From: an uncultured bacterium
GTDB lineage: Bacteria; Fermentibacterota; Fermentibacteria; Fermentibacterales; JCC-6
Assembly (NCBI GenBank): GCA_964426545.1
Contig: CAYRQP010000002.1
Location: 44,979-108,978, forward strand
Direction: 5' to 3'
Length of the DNA: 64,000 nucleotides
How positions within the stretch are numbered: position 1 is the first letter of the stretch; each line of letters starts with the position of its first letter. Both the position numbers and the translations under genes were made by a program. Below the pieces are notes generated by a model. That model saw nothing but the letters and a program-made list of their open reading frames with translations. It did no database searches and had not been told where the DNA came from. This document shows positions 32,129-41,873 of this stretch, one piece after another.

Positions 32129-32215
32129 TGCCGGGGTGGTGGAATTGGCAGACACGCTAGGTTAAGGACCTAGTGGGCACACGCCTGTACGGGTTCAAGT
32201 CCCGTCCCCGGTACC
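32129..32215 (+). tRNA. tRNA-Leu (anticodon AAG by manual folding; type II long variable arm)
   Basis: GCCGGGGTGGTGGAATTGGCAGACACGCTAGGTTAAGGACCTAGTGGGCACACGCCTGTACGGGTTCAAGTCCCGTCCCCGGTACCA; aligns with E. coli tRNA-Leu; anticodon stem CTAGG/CCTAG, loop TTAAGGA; CCA encoded. Confidence 0.85.
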
Positions 32216-32350
32216 ATAGTCAACGGAATCACAAATAAGCCTGCGAACTGTACGCAATCAGAACATTCAACCAATTGCAGGACAGCATTATTTTGAGTAG
32301 CATATTATGTTGAGTATTTGTATGAACGGATTTTGTCTGAAAGGAACAGC

Positions 32351-33376
32351 ATGACTTTAAAGACATTGCTTGCCAAATTGATAGAGAAAAATGGTTCAGA
32401 CCTTCATCTGAAGGTTGGCAGTCCGCCGACATTTAGAATAAACGGTGTCCTTCACAGGGCACAGGGAGACAGCCTGAAACCGGCGGACATACGTGATCTG
32501 ATAAATCCGGCGATGACTGAAGAACAGAAAAAGGAACTCGAAGAGAATAGAGATATAGACTTTGCAGTAAGTGTTCCCGGGCTGGCTCGATTCCGGGCGA
32601 GTCTCTTTTATCAGCGGGGCACAGTTGTTGCTGTTTTCAGGGCAATTCCAATGAAGGTCCCACAGATAGAAGACCTCGGGTTGCCGGGTGCATGTAAAAA
32701 GCTTGCCGATTACGGTTCCGGACTTATACTCGTCACCGGTCCCACCGGTTCGGGTAAGAGTTCAACTCTTGCTGCGATGATAGACTACATCAACAAAAGC
32801 AGGAAACTGCATATCCTGACGCTGGAAGACCCGATAGAGTTTCTTCATAAGGATCAGATGTCGCTTGTGAATCAGCGGCAGGTAGGGAGCGATGCATTGT
32901 CATTCTCACGCGGAGTTATCAAGGCCATGCGTGAAGACCCTGATGTCATAATGATAGGTGAAATGCGGGATACGGAAACCATCGAAGCTGCACTTACAGC
33001 TGCAGAAACCGGCCACCTTGTTCTTGGAACTCTTCACACAAGCAGTGCCATTCAGACTATCGAGCGGGTACTCGATATATTCCCGGGTGACAAGCAGGAT
33101 CTCGTGAGATTCCAGCTCTCGACTACGCTTCAGGGAATACTCAGTCAGAAACTAGTTCCCGGGCTGAAATCGGGACGAGTTGCCATTATCGAAGTACTTA
33201 TGGTCAATCAGGCGATTAGAAACATGATAAGAGAGTCAAAAACACATCAGATTCTCTCGCAGATGCAGTCAGGAAAGAGAATCGGCATGATATCGATGGA
33301 GGATGCTGTTGCAGACGCTCTGGAAAGAGGTCTCATCTCGCAGGAAACAGCAGAGAGAGTAATACCTAAACTATAA
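32351..33376 (+). CDS. pilT: type IV pilus retraction ATPase PilT
   Basis: Walker A GPTGSGKSST, …IMIGEMRD…, His-box …GHLVLGTLHT…; ATG after GAAAGGAA. Confidence 0.88.
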   Translation: MTLKTLLAKLIEKNGSDLHLKVGSPPTFRINGVLHRAQGDSLKPADIRDLINPAMTEEQKKELEENRDIDFAVSVPGLARFRASLFYQRGTVVAVFRAIPMKVPQIEDLGLPGACKKLADYGSGLILVTGPTGSGKSSTLAAMIDYINKSRKLHILTLEDPIEFLHKDQMSLVNQRQVGSDALSFSRGVIKAMREDPDVIMIGEMRDTETIEAALTAAETGHLVLGTLHTSSAIQTIERVLDIFPGDKQDLVRFQLSTTLQGILSQKLVPGLKSGRVAIIEVLMVNQAIRNMIRESKTHQILSQMQSGKRIGMISMEDAVADALERGLISQETAERVIPKL

Positions 33377-33496
33377 AGAGTATAGCAGATAATTGGAACT
33401 TACAAAGGAGAATTTTGTATATTCAGTCATACTGTTTTGGATTAGAGAAGAATAACAAATACCGTCATAGCGATGGTTATATCCGGAGGATTTAAG

Positions 33497-34162
33497 GTGT
33501 TGGGACAAGTATTCAATGTTGTTGCGCAGGCAGATATTATTACTAAGTTCATTCTGGTTATCATAGCAGTTCTTTCTGTAGGGTCATGGGCTGTAGCTAT
33601 TTCGAAAATACGGGAATTCAAAAGAATTCTCGGTTCATCCCAGATGTTCATGGATGCATTGCGGACTACAGGTAAACCCCCCGGTGGGGATTTCTGGAGC
33701 CGAAGCGATGAGGTTGGTCCACTGGCGCTTATGTATGCAGAAGCCGGCAGATTTATTCAGGCAAGAGAAACCAGGGGCGTCACAGGGCCGCTGTCTCCCG
33801 AAGAGGCGGATGAACTGAAGAACGCACTCGAAAGAGAAGCCGGAGAAGACCTTGCCCGGCGTGAACGGAATATTGGACTGCTTGCAACTGTAACAAGTGT
33901 AGCACCACTGCTGGGATTACTTGGAACCGTGTGGGGAATATTGACGAGTTTTATAGGTATGAAAGAACTCGGAGTTGCTGATTTGAGCGCTGTAGGTGCA
34001 GGAGTGGCGGCCGCTCTGACGACTACTGTGGCAGGTTTATTGGCGGCGATACCTGCCAATATCTTTCATAATTTCGTGGTGGGGAGAATAAACTCGCTTG
34101 CAGGTGAGATAGACAGATTCCTGTCAGAACTGGTGGATGTATGCAGAAGGGGAAATCTCTAA
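33497..34162 (+). CDS. tolQ: MotA/TolQ/ExbB proton-channel protein
   Basis: 3-TM topology, conserved …LATVTSVAPLLGLLGTVWGI…; GTG after GGAGGA (track ORF from 33473). Confidence 0.85.
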   Translation: MLGQVFNVVAQADIITKFILVIIAVLSVGSWAVAISKIREFKRILGSSQMFMDALRTTGKPPGGDFWSRSDEVGPLALMYAEAGRFIQARETRGVTGPLSPEEADELKNALEREAGEDLARRERNIGLLATVTSVAPLLGLLGTVWGILTSFIGMKELGVADLSAVGAGVAAALTTTVAGLLAAIPANIFHNFVVGRINSLAGEIDRFLSELVDVCRRGNL

Positions 34163-34576
34163 ATGCTTAAGACAAGGTATAAGCAGTTATCCAATATCAA
34201 CATGACTAATCTTGTCGATGTTACGCTTGTACTTCTCGTCATTTTTATGCTTACTACACCTATGATGCAGAGAAGCGCGGACGTGAAACCGCCCATCACT
34301 GACGCAGGTCGGATATTGAGTTCTCTCAATCCCAATGAGTCACTGGTTGTTGAAATCGACCAAATCGGAAACCTGAGCATAGCCGGCAACCCCGTATTGA
34401 TGGAGAACCTGAAGGAAATAGCAGAAGAAGCATATCTGTCAGGCAGGGAGGAAGCATATGTGCGTGCAGACAGAGATGTTCGGTATGAAGTTGTTGCAAA
34501 TACACTTTCAGAACTTGCATGCGGAGGTTATTTAAGTGTGGGACTTGTACAGGAATCAGGAACGCCCCCTGAATGA
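34163..34576 (+). CDS. tolR: ExbD/TolR biopolymer transport protein
   Basis: …NLVDVTLVLLVIFM… single TM + periplasmic domain. Confidence 0.85.
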   Translation: MLKTRYKQLSNINMTNLVDVTLVLLVIFMLTTPMMQRSADVKPPITDAGRILSSLNPNESLVVEIDQIGNLSIAGNPVLMENLKEIAEEAYLSGREEAYVRADRDVRYEVVANTLSELACGGYLSVGLVQESGTPPE

Positions 34577-35313
34577 AATTTACCGACAAGAAGCTGGATA
34601 CCGAAACACCGATGTTCAAGCGTTCAAATGTTATACTTTCTATTACAGGGCATGTTATCGTAATTGTTCTGGGATTGGTTACTTTCAGTGGGAGTGCAGT
34701 GCAGCCTCCTATAGGCGGTGATAGTGTCATCAATGTCGATATGATCACGCTTGCTCCACCGCAGCCAATGCAGGAATCGGAACAGGTTGTCGAGTCTACA
34801 CCGGAACCTGTAGAAGAAGTTGCTCCCGAAGTACAGGAACCGGTAGAACCGCCTGCAGCCGCTGAAGAACAGGTTGAAGAGGTAATTGAAGAACCGCCTG
34901 CGGAAGTAATTCCTGAGGAACCTCAGGTTGAACCGGTACAGGAACCTGTGGAACACCCCGAAGAAGATCCTGTGACTCCTGAATCGGAAACTCAGGTCGA
35001 ACCTTCAGAGAACTATGCTACGATTGAAGCAACGGGGAGTGCAGGAGGCGGAGTGCCGGGACCGGGGTCTTACGAATCAAGGGTTTTCAATGCAATCCGG
35101 CGAGGTTTCCGGACATCGTTGAAACCGGAGCAGACCTACCTTGTAATTGTGACAGTTTCCGCCGAAGGGGTTCTTTCTTATGAGACTGTTAGAGACAGTA
35201 ATGTGGCAGGATTCGACAGAGCTGTCGAGAATGCTCTGGCAATAGCCGGCATTCCCCCTAATAATCTGCGCAGAGTCTATACAATCCCCATTGAATTTAA
35301 GGGAGTCGAGTAG
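34573..35313 (+). CDS. TonB-C-terminal-domain energy transducer (occupies TolA position)
   Basis: N-terminal TM anchor, long Pro/Glu/Val-rich linker (PEPVEEVAPEVQEPVEPP…), C-terminal TonB_C-like domain. Confidence 0.75.
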   Translation: MKFTDKKLDTETPMFKRSNVILSITGHVIVIVLGLVTFSGSAVQPPIGGDSVINVDMITLAPPQPMQESEQVVESTPEPVEEVAPEVQEPVEPPAAAEEQVEEVIEEPPAEVIPEEPQVEPVQEPVEHPEEDPVTPESETQVEPSENYATIEATGSAGGGVPGPGSYESRVFNAIRRGFRTSLKPEQTYLVIVTVSAEGVLSYETVRDSNVAGFDRAVENALAIAGIPPNNLRRVYTIPIEFKGVE

Positions 35314-35318
35314 AGTAT

Positions 35319-36509
35319 ATGCGAAAGACATTACATAATCGCTTAGTACTGTTCATTATTACGGGCAGTATATATGCGGTCGAATTCATACCAATGTCAC
35401 CTATCAGTGCTGAATGCACCCCTATTGTGCTCGAAGTAACAGGAGATGCAGATTTGTGTGATATTGTGAGGGAACAACTTACTTTAGACATAGATTTTTC
35501 AGGACTTCTCATAACGGCTGAAGAAGGTTATGCCGAAGTGAATGTAGAAGTCAGTTCAGTCAGTAATGGCGTAGCACTGAGGGGAGAGGTTTTCTCCGGA
35601 GGTGTCTATGAGGGTACGCACAGTTACACAGGAACATCAGTATATGCACTGATACATGCGTTTGCAGATGACCTGGTATATGACCTTACCGGCGAGGACG
35701 GCATCGCATCTACATATCTGACTTTCATAGAACGGACTTCTTCGGGATACACACTCTGTGCAAGACCAATAGACCCGCGGCCGGCACAATCTCTGATGAC
35801 AAATGAGTCCATGATTACAACTCCTGCATGGAGTCCTGACGGCGATAGAATTGCATTTACTTCATACCAGAACGGCAACGTGGATATCTGGATGTATAGT
35901 TTTAGTAACAGTTCAGCCCATGTGGTTTCTTCTCTTCCGGGACTTAATTCGTCACCTGCATGGAGTCCTGACGGAGGCACAATAGCTCTTACGCTCTCGG
36001 GAGGTACTAATCCCGATATCTATTTACTTGACCTGTCGACAGAAGAAACAAGACGACTTACGCTCAGGAGTTCCATTGAAACATCGCCATCATTCTCACC
36101 CACAGGCAATCAAATCGTTTTTACGAGCGATAGGGTGGGTTATCCGCAACTCTATATCATGGACAGCATTGGCGGCACGGCAATCAGAACTACCCGTTCA
36201 CATAGTTACTGCGACAGCCCTGCATGGTCTCCGCGCGGTGACAAAATCGCATATACTGCGAGTATCGGCGGGAATTTCCATATATTCGTGATGGATGCAG
36301 ACGGTTCCAATATCCGTCAGGTAACCTTCGAGGGAACTCTAAATGAAGACCCTGCATGGGGTCCGACGGGAAGGCATATTGCATTCAGTAGTGACAGGGA
36401 CGGTGGTCGCTCGATATATATTGTAGAACTGAATGAACTAAAAGTTATGAAATTTACGGACGGAAGAGAAAGTTATTGCCCTACCTGGTCACCGGTTGAT
36501 TTCAGGTAG
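35319..36509 (+). CDS. tolB: Tol-Pal system beta-propeller protein TolB
   Basis: Repeated …P(A)WSPDG.(I)AF(T)… propeller blades. Confidence 0.85.
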   Translation: MRKTLHNRLVLFIITGSIYAVEFIPMSPISAECTPIVLEVTGDADLCDIVREQLTLDIDFSGLLITAEEGYAEVNVEVSSVSNGVALRGEVFSGGVYEGTHSYTGTSVYALIHAFADDLVYDLTGEDGIASTYLTFIERTSSGYTLCARPIDPRPAQSLMTNESMITTPAWSPDGDRIAFTSYQNGNVDIWMYSFSNSSAHVVSSLPGLNSSPAWSPDGGTIALTLSGGTNPDIYLLDLSTEETRRLTLRSSIETSPSFSPTGNQIVFTSDRVGYPQLYIMDSIGGTAIRTTRSHSYCDSPAWSPRGDKIAYTASIGGNFHIFVMDADGSNIRQVTFEGTLNEDPAWGPTGRHIAFSSDRDGGRSIYIVELNELKVMKFTDGRESYCPTWSPVDFR

Positions 36510-36535
36510 GTTTGGAATTGGAGGAAATGCAGATA

Positions 36536-37083
36536 TGAAGACGGGAAAACTGATTGTCACGGTACTGATATGTATCCTGGTGTCATTTGTAATAATATCA
36601 GGAAGCGGATGCAGACCTGATGACACAATTCCGGATGCAGATTCGACTGTTGTAGTAATCGATGACGGCTATATCCCTGAGAATATAGGTGTCTGGGAAG
36701 CAGATACATTCACGACGATGGACGAATACCTGATAGAGCATCAGAACATGCTCAATGATGTGTTTTTCGATTTCGACAGCGATGAATTATCAGACGAAGC
36801 ACTGATGATTCTTCAGGCAGACGCTGCATACATCATGAATAATCCGGGTTTCGGGGTTAAACTCGAAGGACACTGCGATGAACGGGGTACGATCGATTAC
36901 AATCTTGCTCTCGGGGAAGGACGGGCTATTACCGTTTACAATTATCTGGTAGGCTATGGAGTAGCACCCGGCAGACTGGAGTACATTACTCTCGGGAAAG
37001 AGAGTCCTTTTGATTTCGGGCATGATGAAGCTGCCTGGGCTGCCAACAGGCGGGTTCATTTTCAAGTGATCATAGGAGATTGA
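36536..37083 (+). CDS. pal: peptidoglycan-associated lipoprotein (OmpA-family)
   Basis: Lipobox IISGSGC; OmpA-like domain …FDFDSDEL…LEGHCDERGT.DYNLALGEGRA…NRRV…. Confidence 0.85.
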
Positions 37084-37084
37084 T

Positions 37085-37777
37085 ATGAAAATTATTGCTG
37101 CGATTACCTTTCCACTACTTCTTCTTACAGGCTGTTGGGGGACGGATTACATTCATTCCCCTGCGCGTGTACGCGATATTGAAACCAGTACTATCGTCTT
37201 AGAGGAAAGAGTCGACAGTCTATTATCCGCGGTGGAGGAGAACGAAGATCTATTAAGGGGAATGAGTGCACAAACCGGTTCACGGACATCAGATGTCATT
37301 GAAACTCTGTCTGCTCTTGTCGAAGAACTGGATATGACACTGGGGCGGATTGGAAGCCTGAGCGGTCCGGTTATGCAGGATACAACTCAGAATCCTATTG
37401 CCCAGACTATTTTCAGCGAAACTCTTAATCAATTTAATCAGGGGAGTTTCGACATTGCAGCAGAAGGGTTTGCCGAAATCGTCGAATTGTATCCAACAGC
37501 ACCTGTAGCTGATGATGCCATGTATTATCTTGCGTTGTGTGCAGAAGAAGTTGGAGCCTATCACGAAGCTATTGAGAAGTACATGGTGATGCCTTATCTC
37601 TATCCTAACTCCGAGAGAACGCCCGGAGCAATAAGCAGAGCGGCAGGAATATATGATGATAAGAATACTGAAGATTGCCGGGACAGACTTTACTATCTCC
37701 TTATTACTCGATATCCGCGAAGTGCTGAGGCGGAACTGATACTCAATGCATCTGAAGAGGAAGAGATTATCGAATAA
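37085..37777 (+). CDS. Tol-Pal-associated TPR lipoprotein (YbgF/CpoB-like)
   Basis: Lipobox LLLTGC, coiled-coil then TPR region (…DDAMYYLALCAEEVGAYHEAIEKY…); canonical position after pal. Confidence 0.75.
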   Translation: MKIIAAITFPLLLLTGCWGTDYIHSPARVRDIETSTIVLEERVDSLLSAVEENEDLLRGMSAQTGSRTSDVIETLSALVEELDMTLGRIGSLSGPVMQDTTQNPIAQTIFSETLNQFNQGSFDIAAEGFAEIVELYPTAPVADDAMYYLALCAEEVGAYHEAIEKYMVMPYLYPNSERTPGAISRAAGIYDDKNTEDCRDRLYYLLITRYPRSAEAELILNASEEEEIIE

Positions 37778-37802
37778 TCACAAACCCTCCCTGTTCTTTG
37801 AC

Positions 37803-37841
37803 GAAAAGTAATTAAGTGAGCATATTTGTAGGTTACTTTTT
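37803..37841 (+). terminator. putative intrinsic terminator after ybgF
   Basis: GAAAAGTAA…(loop containing TTAAGTGAGCATAT)…TTACTTTTT. Confidence 0.45.
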
Positions 37842-37849
37842 GTGTATCG

Positions 37850-37935
37850 CGGGAGTGGCGGAATTGGCAGACGCGCCAGATTTAGGATCTGGTGAGCTAT
37901 GCTTGTGGGGGTTCAAGTCCCCCCTCTCGCACCAT
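37850..37935 (+). tRNA. tRNA-Leu (anticodon TAG)
   Basis: GCGGGAGTGGCGGAATTGGCAGACGCGCCAGATTTAGGATCTGGTGAGCTATGCTTGTGGGGGTTCAAGTCCCCCCTCTCGCACCA; acceptor GCGGGAG/CTCTCGC, anticodon loop TTTAGGA, CCA encoded. Confidence 0.9.
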
Positions 37936-37958
37936 TTATCACTAATAGGAAAGAGTAT

Positions 37959-39224
37959 ATGTTTGAAATAATCAAAGGAGAAGACAATAAACGAACTGTA
38001 AAATTCACAGAAGACAAGAAGGGTGTTCAGCGGGTATTTGCAGATATCCGCAGAACCATCTCGAAGGAAATGGATGTTCCCGGCTTCAGACCAGGCAAAA
38101 TTCCGCGGGGACTCGTTGAAAGGAAGTACGGCAATTTCATAATTGCCGAAGCCGGAGATGCAATTCGCAGAAAACTCACGAGTGATCTTCTCGATGAGAA
38201 GGACTGGATACTGGAAGATACAGACCTGAGTAAGGACCAGGTGCTTCCGGTAGATGGCGAGCCATATACTTTCGAGATAGAGTTTTCTCTATTTGAGACT
38301 CCTGAACCCCAGGGCTATGATGGTATTAAGGTAAAAGTCCCGCTCTTCGACGTCGATAATGCAATCGAGGAAGCCATCGAGGGCCTTCGAAACAGGATGG
38401 TAAACTTTTCCCAGGTCGAACGGGCTGTTGAGGGTGGTGATCTTGTCCATCTTACTGCAACATCAGAAGACGAACCGGAAGAATCGCATGAGTTCGATGC
38501 AAGAATAGGCGAAAACAGGTTCGGCCCCGGGTTCGATGAACTTCTGACAGGGCTGTCGGCAGGCGATACTTTCAAGGCAAGAATGAGCGACGGCAATGAC
38601 GATAGTGAAGATACACCGCCCGCACACACATTTGAAGTGCTTGGAGTGAAAGAGCCGGTGCTGCCTGAACTCGACGATGAGTTTGCAAAGAATGCCGATT
38701 TGGATTCCATGGATGAACTTCGCTCGAAAATCAGGGAAAATATAGAAAGCAGGTACGATGAAGAACTGGATTACATGAAGAGGATTCAGATTTCCCGGGC
38801 TCTGCTTGAGAGCAACAAGTTTGACCCGCCTGCATATATGATAAACAATATGGTCGAAGATTACCTTACCCGGGTGGATGACGAAGACCCTGATGAAGAA
38901 ACCAGGGAGTCAGTCCGCACAATGGCAGAGGAAAAGGTTAGGGAGTTTCTGATAATGAGGGCTATAGCTGAGAAGGAAGACATTCAGATATCGGCGCATG
39001 AAATTATAAGTGCAAAGAGTCCGGAAGAATCAGCAAATTCTGTTGCAGACAGACTTCGAAACGACAGGGCAATGGAACTTGTCACTGAACGGGTGAATAT
39101 CACAGAAGAAGAGATAAGAGATGAACCGGAATCTCAAGATGAACCGGCAGATGATGAAGTGCAGTGGAAATGGGTACTTGAAGATACTCCTGAAGAATCC
39201 GAAAAAGATGAGGTGAAATCATAA
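37959..39224 (+). CDS. tig: trigger factor
   Basis: …[20 protein letters not shown]… ribosome-binding/PPIase/C-domain architecture; tig-clpP-clpX synteny (track ORF from 37899 overlaps the tRNA). Confidence 0.88.
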   Translation: MFEIIKGEDNKRTVKFTEDKKGVQRVFADIRRTISKEMDVPGFRPGKIPRGLVERKYGNFIIAEAGDAIRRKLTSDLLDEKDWILEDTDLSKDQVLPVDGEPYTFEIEFSLFETPEPQGYDGIKVKVPLFDVDNAIEEAIEGLRNRMVNFSQVERAVEGGDLVHLTATSEDEPEESHEFDARIGENRFGPGFDELLTGLSAGDTFKARMSDGNDDSEDTPPAHTFEVLGVKEPVLPELDDEFAKNADLDSMDELRSKIRENIESRYDEELDYMKRIQISRALLESNKFDPPAYMINNMVEDYLTRVDDEDPDEETRESVRTMAEEKVREFLIMRAIAEKEDIQISAHEIISAKSPEESANSVADRLRNDRAMELVTERVNITEEEIRDEPESQDEPADDEVQWKWVLEDTPEESEKDEVKS

Positions 39225-39820
39225 TGTCGATAATTCCATTTGTGGTTGAGCGGGATGGGAACAGGGAGAGAAGCTATGACATCTACTCCCGGCTACTGAA
39301 AGAGCGGATAATATTTGTTGGCGAACCTATTACCGGTCCAATTGCCAATGTGATTGTGGCGCAACTGCTGTTTCTCGAAGCACAGGATGCAGAGAAAGAC
39401 ATAAACATGTATATCAGCAGCCCCGGCGGAATCATCTCCAGCGGGCTTGCTGTTTATGACACAATGCAGTTGATCAAGCCGCCGGTTGCAACTTACTGCA
39501 TGGGTTCTGCATCGAGCATGGCGGCGGTTCTGCTTGCTGCAGGAACCGGGGGGAAAAGAAATATCCTCCCGAACGCCCGGGTAATGATCCACCAGCCGAT
39601 GGGTGGGACTCAGGGACAGGCAAGCGATATTGAAATTCAGGCGAAAGAGATATTGAAAATTCGCGTCCTATTGAATAAGATACTCGCACAGCACACCGGT
39701 CAGACTCTGAAGAAGATAGAAAAGGACACAGATAGAAATTTCTGGATGGATGCTCAACAGGCTGTAGATTACGGAATAGTGGATAACATTCTTTCGAGGA
39801 GAACACGGACGGAAAAATGA
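39224..39820 (+). CDS. clpP: ATP-dependent Clp protease proteolytic subunit
   Basis: …[10 protein letters not shown]…YISSPGG…MGSASSMAA…IHQPMGG… Ser-His-Asp triad context. Confidence 0.95.
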   Translation: MSIIPFVVERDGNRERSYDIYSRLLKERIIFVGEPITGPIANVIVAQLLFLEAQDAEKDINMYISSPGGIISSGLAVYDTMQLIKPPVATYCMGSASSMAAVLLAAGTGGKRNILPNARVMIHQPMGGTQGQASDIEIQAKEILKIRVLLNKILAQHTGQTLKKIEKDTDRNFWMDAQQAVDYGIVDNILSRRTRTEK

Positions 39821-41052
39821 CCAAAAATAAGAAATGCTCTTTCTGCGGACGCTCCGCACAAGAGGTGAACCAGATAATTGCAGGACCCGATGTTAACATC
39901 TGTGATGAGTGTGTGCAGTATTGCGATGATATTCTGCATGAAGAAATGAAGGAAAGAGAATCTTCTCTCGATATAGAGATGGGAGAAATTCTGCGCCCTT
40001 CGGAAATTCATGAAAAACTGAATGAGTATGTGATAGGGCAGGAACACGCCAAAAAAGTTCTTTCAGTCGCTGTTTACAATCATTACAAGCGCCTGCAGTC
40101 TCATGCTGACTCTACCGAGGTAGAACTCGAAAAGAGCAATATTCTGCTTGTAGGGCCAACCGGAACAGGGAAAACCCTTCTTGCGCGAACACTTGCTAAA
40201 ATACTTGATGTACCTTTTGCAATAGCTGACGCGACGACTCTTACAGAGGCCGGTTATGTAGGAGAAGATGTAGAGAACATCCTGCTGAGGCTTCTTCAGG
40301 TTACAGACATGGACATACCATCAGCCGAGCGCGGAATAATCTATATCGACGAACTCGACAAGATAGCCCGAAAATCCGAGAATCCCTCGATAACGCGAGA
40401 TGTATCCGGAGAAGGAGTTCAGCAGGCACTTCTAAAGATAATAGAAGGTACAATAGCAAGCGTACCGCCTCAGGGCGGAAGAAAACATCCATATCAGGAG
40501 AATATCCTGATTGATACAAGCAACATTCTCTTTATCTGCGGCGGGGCTTTCAACGGACTCGACAAAATAGTTGAAAAACGGGTGAAAGAAGTTCCAATGG
40601 GATTTGGTTCAGAAGTCAGGGAAGTCAAGGAAGAGAATGTCCTTGCATCTGCAGAACCGCATGACCTTGTTCATTACGGACTCGTACCCGAACTTGTAGG
40701 CAGACTTCCTGTTCTGGTTGCTCTGGATGATCTTGATACAGAAGATCTGGTTCGCATACTGACTGAGCCGAAGAATGCAGTTGTAAAACAGTATAGATAT
40801 CTGCTAAGTCTCGAAGGTGTCGAACTTGAATTCGGAGAGAATGCACTCAAAGAAGTTGCATCTAAGGCAAAGGAACTTGACAGCGGGGCGAGAGGCCTCC
40901 GGTCGGTTCTCGAGAACATTCTGCTTGAATCGATGTATGAGCTACCCGATGAGGAGGATGTCGAAAAACTCGTCATTACGGCGAAAGCAGTACGGGGTGA
41001 AGAAAAACCGCAGCTGATCCGGAAGAAAGCAGATTCGACCCGGACCGGTTGA
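39817..41052 (+). CDS. clpX: ATP-dependent Clp protease ATP-binding subunit ClpX
   Basis: N-terminal zinc finger CSFCGR…CDEC, Walker A GPTGTGKT, …IIYIDELDK…. Confidence 0.95.
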   Translation: MTKNKKCSFCGRSAQEVNQIIAGPDVNICDECVQYCDDILHEEMKERESSLDIEMGEILRPSEIHEKLNEYVIGQEHAKKVLSVAVYNHYKRLQSHADSTEVELEKSNILLVGPTGTGKTLLARTLAKILDVPFAIADATTLTEAGYVGEDVENILLRLLQVTDMDIPSAERGIIYIDELDKIARKSENPSITRDVSGEGVQQALLKIIEGTIASVPPQGGRKHPYQENILIDTSNILFICGGAFNGLDKIVEKRVKEVPMGFGSEVREVKEENVLASAEPHDLVHYGLVPELVGRLPVLVALDDLDTEDLVRILTEPKNAVVKQYRYLLSLEGVELEFGENALKEVASKAKELDSGARGLRSVLENILLESMYELPDEEDVEKLVITAKAVRGEEKPQLIRKKADSTRTG

Positions 41053-41199
41053 GATAAGTGAGCATATCACTTATCTCTTGGTTTTAGAGTACCATATCAC
41101 TTAATTCCACTCATATCAATATTCGCAAAACACAGCGAATTAAGATGATACGGTACTAATGGCAATATTACAGAGATAAGTGATATGCTCACTTATCTT
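41051..41199. repeat. ~150-bp nested palindromic element (two self-complementary terminal hairpins + central hairpin)
   Basis: GAGATAAGTGA-GCATA-TCACTTATCTC at 41051-41077 and GAGATAAGTGA-TATGC-TCACTTATCT at 41173-41198; inner arms AGTACCATATCACTTAATTC / GAATTAAGATGATACGGTACT; centre ATTCGC-AAAACACA-GCGAAT; first hairpin overlaps clpX stop. Confidence 0.6.
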
Positions 41200-41276
41200 A
41201 TACAGCACAATGGGGCACGAAGAAATCATGTCCCGGTTTGGCGCAGAATTAAATGTCATAGTACTATGAGGTACAA

Positions 41277-41846
41277 ATGAGCAGAATGCAAATTGAGTTT
41301 CTGCGAAGCTGCCCGGGGGTAGAGCAGCTTCCTACCGACGGTTTACCCGAAATAGCACTTGCAGGACGCTCTAATGTAGGCAAATCGTCACTTCTGAACC
41401 GTCTTGCAAATGGTAAAAATATAGCGCGCACAAGTTCCAAACCGGGTTGTACCCAGTTCCTGAATCTGTATAGGGCAGAAAGGGGTTACTATCTGATTGA
41501 CCTTCCCGGGTACGGTTATGCAAAAGCACCCAAAAAAGAAAGAAGTAAATGGGTCGGCTGGATCGGTGAGTACATTGTTGAGCGTAAACCGCTTCGCGGT
41601 ATAATTCTTCTTGTGGATGCCCGGCATCCTGATATGGGCAGCGACATCGAAATGGCGGAACTGCTGCGGGAATTGGGCAGGCCATATATAATTGCCCTGA
41701 CGAAGTCCGATAAACTGAAGCGCGGAAAACTGGCAAAAGCAAAACAGAAGGCGGAAGAGATGGGTCCTGTGATTTCCGTTTCATCAGTTACCGGAACCGG
41801 ATTCGATAAACTTGGAAACTGGCTCGCAAGCGTAGTTACCGATTAA
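41277..41846 (+). CDS. engB: ribosome biogenesis GTP-binding protein YihA/EngB
   Basis: …IALAGRSNVGKSSL…DLPGYGY… GTPase motifs. Confidence 0.88.
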   Translation: MSRMQIEFLRSCPGVEQLPTDGLPEIALAGRSNVGKSSLLNRLANGKNIARTSSKPGCTQFLNLYRAERGYYLIDLPGYGYAKAPKKERSKWVGWIGEYIVERKPLRGIILLVDARHPDMGSDIEMAELLRELGRPYIIALTKSDKLKRGKLAKAKQKAEEMGPVISVSSVTGTGFDKLGNWLASVVTD

Positions 41847-41873
41847 AGAAAATATTGAGGGAGAGGGGATAAG

